From Alphaproteobacteria bacterium (GTDB lineage Bacteria > Pseudomonadota > Alphaproteobacteria > Bin95), in assembly GCA_965205265.1 (NCBI GenBank), contig CBDBGH010000003.1, forward strand, positions 1,120,001-1,184,000: a stretch of 64,000 nt of DNA. Reading direction: 5' to 3'. Each line of letters opens with the position of its first letter. Within the stretch, counting starts at the first letter, position 1. Below the pieces are notes generated by a model. That model was not told the DNA's origin. It searched no databases and saw only the letters and a program-made list of their open reading frames with translations. This document shows, piece after piece, positions 60,645-64,000 of the stretch. Both the position numbers and the translations under genes were made by a program.

Positions 60645-62765
60645 ATGAGCATCCGCATCGACACGCTCGACGCGTTCTTCAATCCGAAGTCGGTGGCCAT
60701 CGTCGGCGCCTCGTCGAACTTCGCCAAGATCGGCGGCCGGCCCGTCCACAACATGAAAATCTCCGGTTATGGCGGCAGGGTCTATCCGGTCAATCCGGGC
60801 GCTTCCGAGATCCAGGGCCTGCCGGCTTTCCCCGCTGTCGGCGACATTCCGGGGCCGGTGGACATGGCGGTGATCGTCGTGCCGATGTCCTTCGTGGAAC
60901 CGGCGGTGACGGCCTGCATCGACAAGGGCGTGAAGGCCGCTATCGTCCTGTCTTCCGGTTTCGCCGAGATTTCGGAGGAGGGCGCAAAGGCGCAGCGCCG
61001 CCTGGCCGATCTCGGCGCCGAGGGCGGGCTGCGCATCATGGGGCCCAATTGCATGGGCGTGATGAATACCGGCACCGGCATGATCGCCACATTCATCTCG
61101 GCCATCGGCGATACGGGGCCGGAGAGGGGCACGATTTCCGTCGCGGCGCAATCGGGCGCCTTCGGCGGCCATTGCTTCACGCTCGCCCGCGAACGGGGCC
61201 TCGGCCTCAACCTCTGGGCCACGATGGGCAACCAGTGCGATGTCGAGTTCTCGGACTGCCTGGCCTACATGGCGCAGGACCCCGGCACCAGCGTCGTACT
61301 CGGCTACATGGAAGGCGTGCAGGACGCGGACAAGCTGGTCGAGGCGCTCGAAATCGCCCGCGCCGCCGAAAAACCGGTGGTGCTGATGAAGGTCGGGCGC
61401 TCCGAGGTCGGCACTGCCGCCGCGGCTTCCCACACGGCATCGCTCACGGGTTCCGACGCCGTTTTCGATGCGCTTCTGCGCCAGTACAACGTCTTTCGAC
61501 CCCACAGCATCGACGAGATGTTCGATGTCGGCTACGCCTTCGCCGGCGGCCAGCTGCCGAAGAGCGCCAGGACGGGCATCATCACGGTTTCCGGCGGGGT
61601 CGGCGTCATCATGGCGGATGCGGCGGAGGACGCCGGCCTCGAGTTGCCGCCGCTGCCGGAGGCGACCCAGGAGCGGATGAAGGCGCTCGTGCCCTTTGCC
61701 GGCACCCGCAACCCGCTGGATGTGACCGCGCAGTTCATCAACGATGCAACGCTGATGGAGACCATGTACGGCGCCCTGCTGGAAGAGGGCGGTTATGCAA
61801 GCGCGGTCTGCTTTCTGGCGGGCGTCGGCCTGAATCCGCTGATGATGAAGGATCTGGAGCCGAGCCTGGAGGCGGTGCGGCAGCGTTTTCCTGACCAGTT
61901 GCACATGCTCGCCATCCTGACCACGCCCGAGCGCCGCGCGCGGATCCAGGCGATGGGCTATCTCTGCTACGAGGACCCGAGCCGGGCGATCCACGCGCTC
62001 GGGGTTCTGGCGCGGTATTCCGCGGCGTTGAAGCGGGGGCCGTCCGCGCCGCCTCCCGACCTGCCGTCCGGTGCGCCGAAGCTCACGGCCGGCACGGCCG
62101 TCAACGAGGTGGAAGGCAAGCGCATTCTGGCGGCTGCCGGCGTGCCGGCTGTCCCGGAACGGCTTGCAGCGTCTGCCGGCGACGCGGCCGAGGCGGCGGA
62201 GGCAGCCGGGTTCCCGGTCGTCATGAAGATCGTCTCGCCGGACATTCTCCACAAGTCCGAGATCGGCGGCGTCATTCTCAATGTCGCGACGCGGGAAGCC
62301 GCCGAAACGGCTTACCGCGACCTGCTTGCGCGGGCCGAAGCGCATGCGCCGGATGCGCGGATCGACGGCGTGCTGGTCGCGCCCATGGTGTCCGGCGGCG
62401 TCGAGACCATTCTGGGCGTTGTCCGCGATCCGGTATTCGGCCCCGTGGTCATGTTCGGGCTCGGCGGCGTTTTCGTGGAGGTGCTGAAGGACGTGACCTT
62501 CCGCATCGCGCCGTTCGGCGTCGACGAGGCGCGCCGGATGATCCGCGAGGTGCGCGGTTATCCGATGCTGGAGGGCGTTCGCGGCGCGCCGCCGGCGGAC
62601 GAGGAAGCGCTGGCCGACGCGCTGGCCAGGCTTTCGGCGTTTGCGGCCGCCAATGCCGATGTGCTGGAAACGATCGACGTCAATCCGTTCATCGTGCTGC
62701 CGAAAGGGGAGGGCGCGGTCGCCGTGGACGCGCTGATCGCCGTGCGGGAGAGCGCCGACGCATGA
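60645..62765 (+). CDS. Acetate-CoA ligase (ADP-forming) family acyl-CoA synthetase
   Basis: PKSVAIVGAS, GPNCMG, QSGA, AAASHTASL, NPLD, HKSEIGGV, DPVFGPVVMFGLGG. Confidence 0.93.
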   Translation: MSIRIDTLDAFFNPKSVAIVGASSNFAKIGGRPVHNMKISGYGGRVYPVNPGASEIQGLPAFPAVGDIPGPVDMAVIVVPMSFVEPAVTACIDKGVKAAIVLSSGFAEISEEGAKAQRRLADLGAEGGLRIMGPNCMGVMNTGTGMIATFISAIGDTGPERGTISVAAQSGAFGGHCFTLARERGLGLNLWATMGNQCDVEFSDCLAYMAQDPGTSVVLGYMEGVQDADKLVEALEIARAAEKPVVLMKVGRSEVGTAAAASHTASLTGSDAVFDALLRQYNVFRPHSIDEMFDVGYAFAGGQLPKSARTGIITVSGGVGVIMADAAEDAGLELPPLPEATQERMKALVPFAGTRNPLDVTAQFINDATLMETMYGALLEEGGYASAVCFLAGVGLNPLMMKDLEPSLEAVRQRFPDQLHMLAILTTPERRARIQAMGYLCYEDPSRAIHALGVLARYSAALKRGPSAPPPDLPSGAPKLTAGTAVNEVEGKRILAAAGVPAVPERLAASAGDAAEAAEAAGFPVVMKIVSPDILHKSEIGGVILNVATREAAETAYRDLLARAEAHAPDARIDGVLVAPMVSGGVETILGVVRDPVFGPVVMFGLGGVFVEVLKDVTFRIAPFGVDEARRMIREVRGYPMLEGVRGAPPADEEALADALARLSAFAAANADVLETIDVNPFIVLPKGEGAVAVDALIAVRESADA

Positions 62766-63940
62766 GCCGCAGCCCGGTCATCGTCGGCGTGGCCGACGCG
62801 CCGACCCACGAGCGCGGCCGCGCGCTGCCGGGCTCGACCGTGCTCTCCATACAGCGCGATGCGGCGGGTGAGGCGCTTGCCCAGGCGGGGCTGACCATGA
62901 GCGATGTCGATGGCCTCGCGGTCGCCGGCATGTGGGGCATGCCGGGGCCGGGCGCCATGCAGCCCGTGCTGCTGACGGAGTATCTCGGCCTCGAATGGCC
63001 GTGCTATCTCGACGGCACCAATGTCGGCGGCGCGGCCTTCGTGCTGCATGCAGGCCGGGCGGCCGAGGCAATCCGTTCGGGGCAGGCGGACGTGGTCCTG
63101 ATCGTCTATGGCTCGCTCCAGAAGAGCCAGGCGGCGCGGGCGCTGGGCGGGCGCCCGGCGATGTTCTCCAACCAGTGGGACATTCCGGCCGGTCTGCCCC
63201 TTCCGGTCGGCGCCTATGCAATGGCGGCGCAGCGCCATGCCCATGTCTACGGATCGACCCGCGAGACGCTTGCTGAAATCGCTGTGGCGACCCGCGCCTG
63301 GGCCGCGCTCAATCCCGCGGCTGCGTTCCGCGAGCCGATGACGGTGGACGACGTGCTGGGCGCGCGGACGATCGCCTCGCCGCTCGGGCGCTACGACTGC
63401 TGCCTCGTCACCGACGGCGGCGGCGCGGTGGTGATGACCACGGAGGAGCGCGCGCGCGACCTGCGCACGCCGCCGGTCCATGTGCTGGGGCACGGCGCCT
63501 CCGCCTCGCATGCGAGCATCGCGCATATGCCGGACATGGCGAAGCTCGAAGTGGCCGAGCGGTCTTCGCGCGCGGCTTATGCCATGGCGGGGCGCGGCCC
63601 TGCCGAAATCGACCTCGCCATGCTGTATGACAGCTTCACCATCACGGTGCTGATGACGCTGGAGGCGCTCGGGCTCTGCGGCTACGGCGAGGGAAAGGAG
63701 TTCGTCAGGGGCGGGCGGACCGGTCCCGGCGGCGCCTTTCCGGTCAACACCAATGGCGGCGGGCTCTCCTATTGCCATCCGGGCATGTACGGGCTGTTCA
63801 CCATCATCGAGGCATGCCGCCAGCTCTGGGGCATTGCCGGCGAGAGGCAGGCGGAGGGCGTGCGCACGGCGGTATGCCACGGCACGGGCGGCGTGCTCTC
63901 CTCCGGCGCGACGCTCATCCTCTCGACGGAAAACGGCTAA
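62762..63940 (+). CDS. Thiolase-like protein (SCP-x/Ltp2 type)
   Basis: NVGGAA, DCCLVTDGG, LYDSFT, NTNGGGLSYCHPG, HGTGG. Confidence 0.92.
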   Translation: MSRSPVIVGVADAPTHERGRALPGSTVLSIQRDAAGEALAQAGLTMSDVDGLAVAGMWGMPGPGAMQPVLLTEYLGLEWPCYLDGTNVGGAAFVLHAGRAAEAIRSGQADVVLIVYGSLQKSQAARALGGRPAMFSNQWDIPAGLPLPVGAYAMAAQRHAHVYGSTRETLAEIAVATRAWAALNPAAAFREPMTVDDVLGARTIASPLGRYDCCLVTDGGGAVVMTTEERARDLRTPPVHVLGHGASASHASIAHMPDMAKLEVAERSSRAAYAMAGRGPAEIDLAMLYDSFTITVLMTLEALGLCGYGEGKEFVRGGRTGPGGAFPVNTNGGGLSYCHPGMYGLFTIIEACRQLWGIAGERQAEGVRTAVCHGTGGVLSSGATLILSTENG

Positions 63941-63950
63941 AATCGGCGCC

Positions 63951-64000
63951 ATGACCTACGACAAGCCGGTGCCCGCCATCGACGCCGAATCGGAGCCCTA
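63951..64000 (+). CDS. Probable DUF35 OB-fold protein, 5' end only
   Basis: MTYDKPVPAIDAESEP start typical of DUF35 proteins; follows a thiolase-like gene. Confidence 0.55.
   Translation, partial: MTYDKPVPAIDAESEP

Overview
High-GC alphaproteobacterial chromosome segment (inferred from lpxI, DUF4170 and the rpsB-tsf-pyrH-frr-uppS-cdsA-dxr-rseP-bamA-skp-fabZ-lpxA-lpxI cluster). Around this core lie transport and catabolic genes: two peptide/nickel ABC systems, a polyamine-type ABC system, a TAXI-TRAP pair, acyl-CoA dehydrogenases, a CoA-transferase, thiolase-like/OB-fold pairs and a three-subunit molybdenum hydroxylase. It also has pyrB with a probably inactive pyrC-like partner and a Phd-VapC toxin-antitoxin pair. 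A complete IS21-family element (15471-18261, 6-bp target duplication) splits an MDR dehydrogenase gene. The most unusual signal is non-coding: a family of CGTC-tagged REP-like hairpin doublets whose foot is duplicated at a 21-bp period at three loci. One of them (between dxr and rseP) is split by a 342-bp MITE with IS4-like ends and a 9-bp target duplication, and that MITE itself carries another doublet. Other oddities: lpxD and lpxB are absent from their usual positions, there is an orphan IS630-type HTH gene behind an SOS-box-like AT island, a possible terminase-small-subunit remnant, and AT-rich NucS-like and YwgA-like singletons. All calls come from reading motifs by eye; no searches were run.
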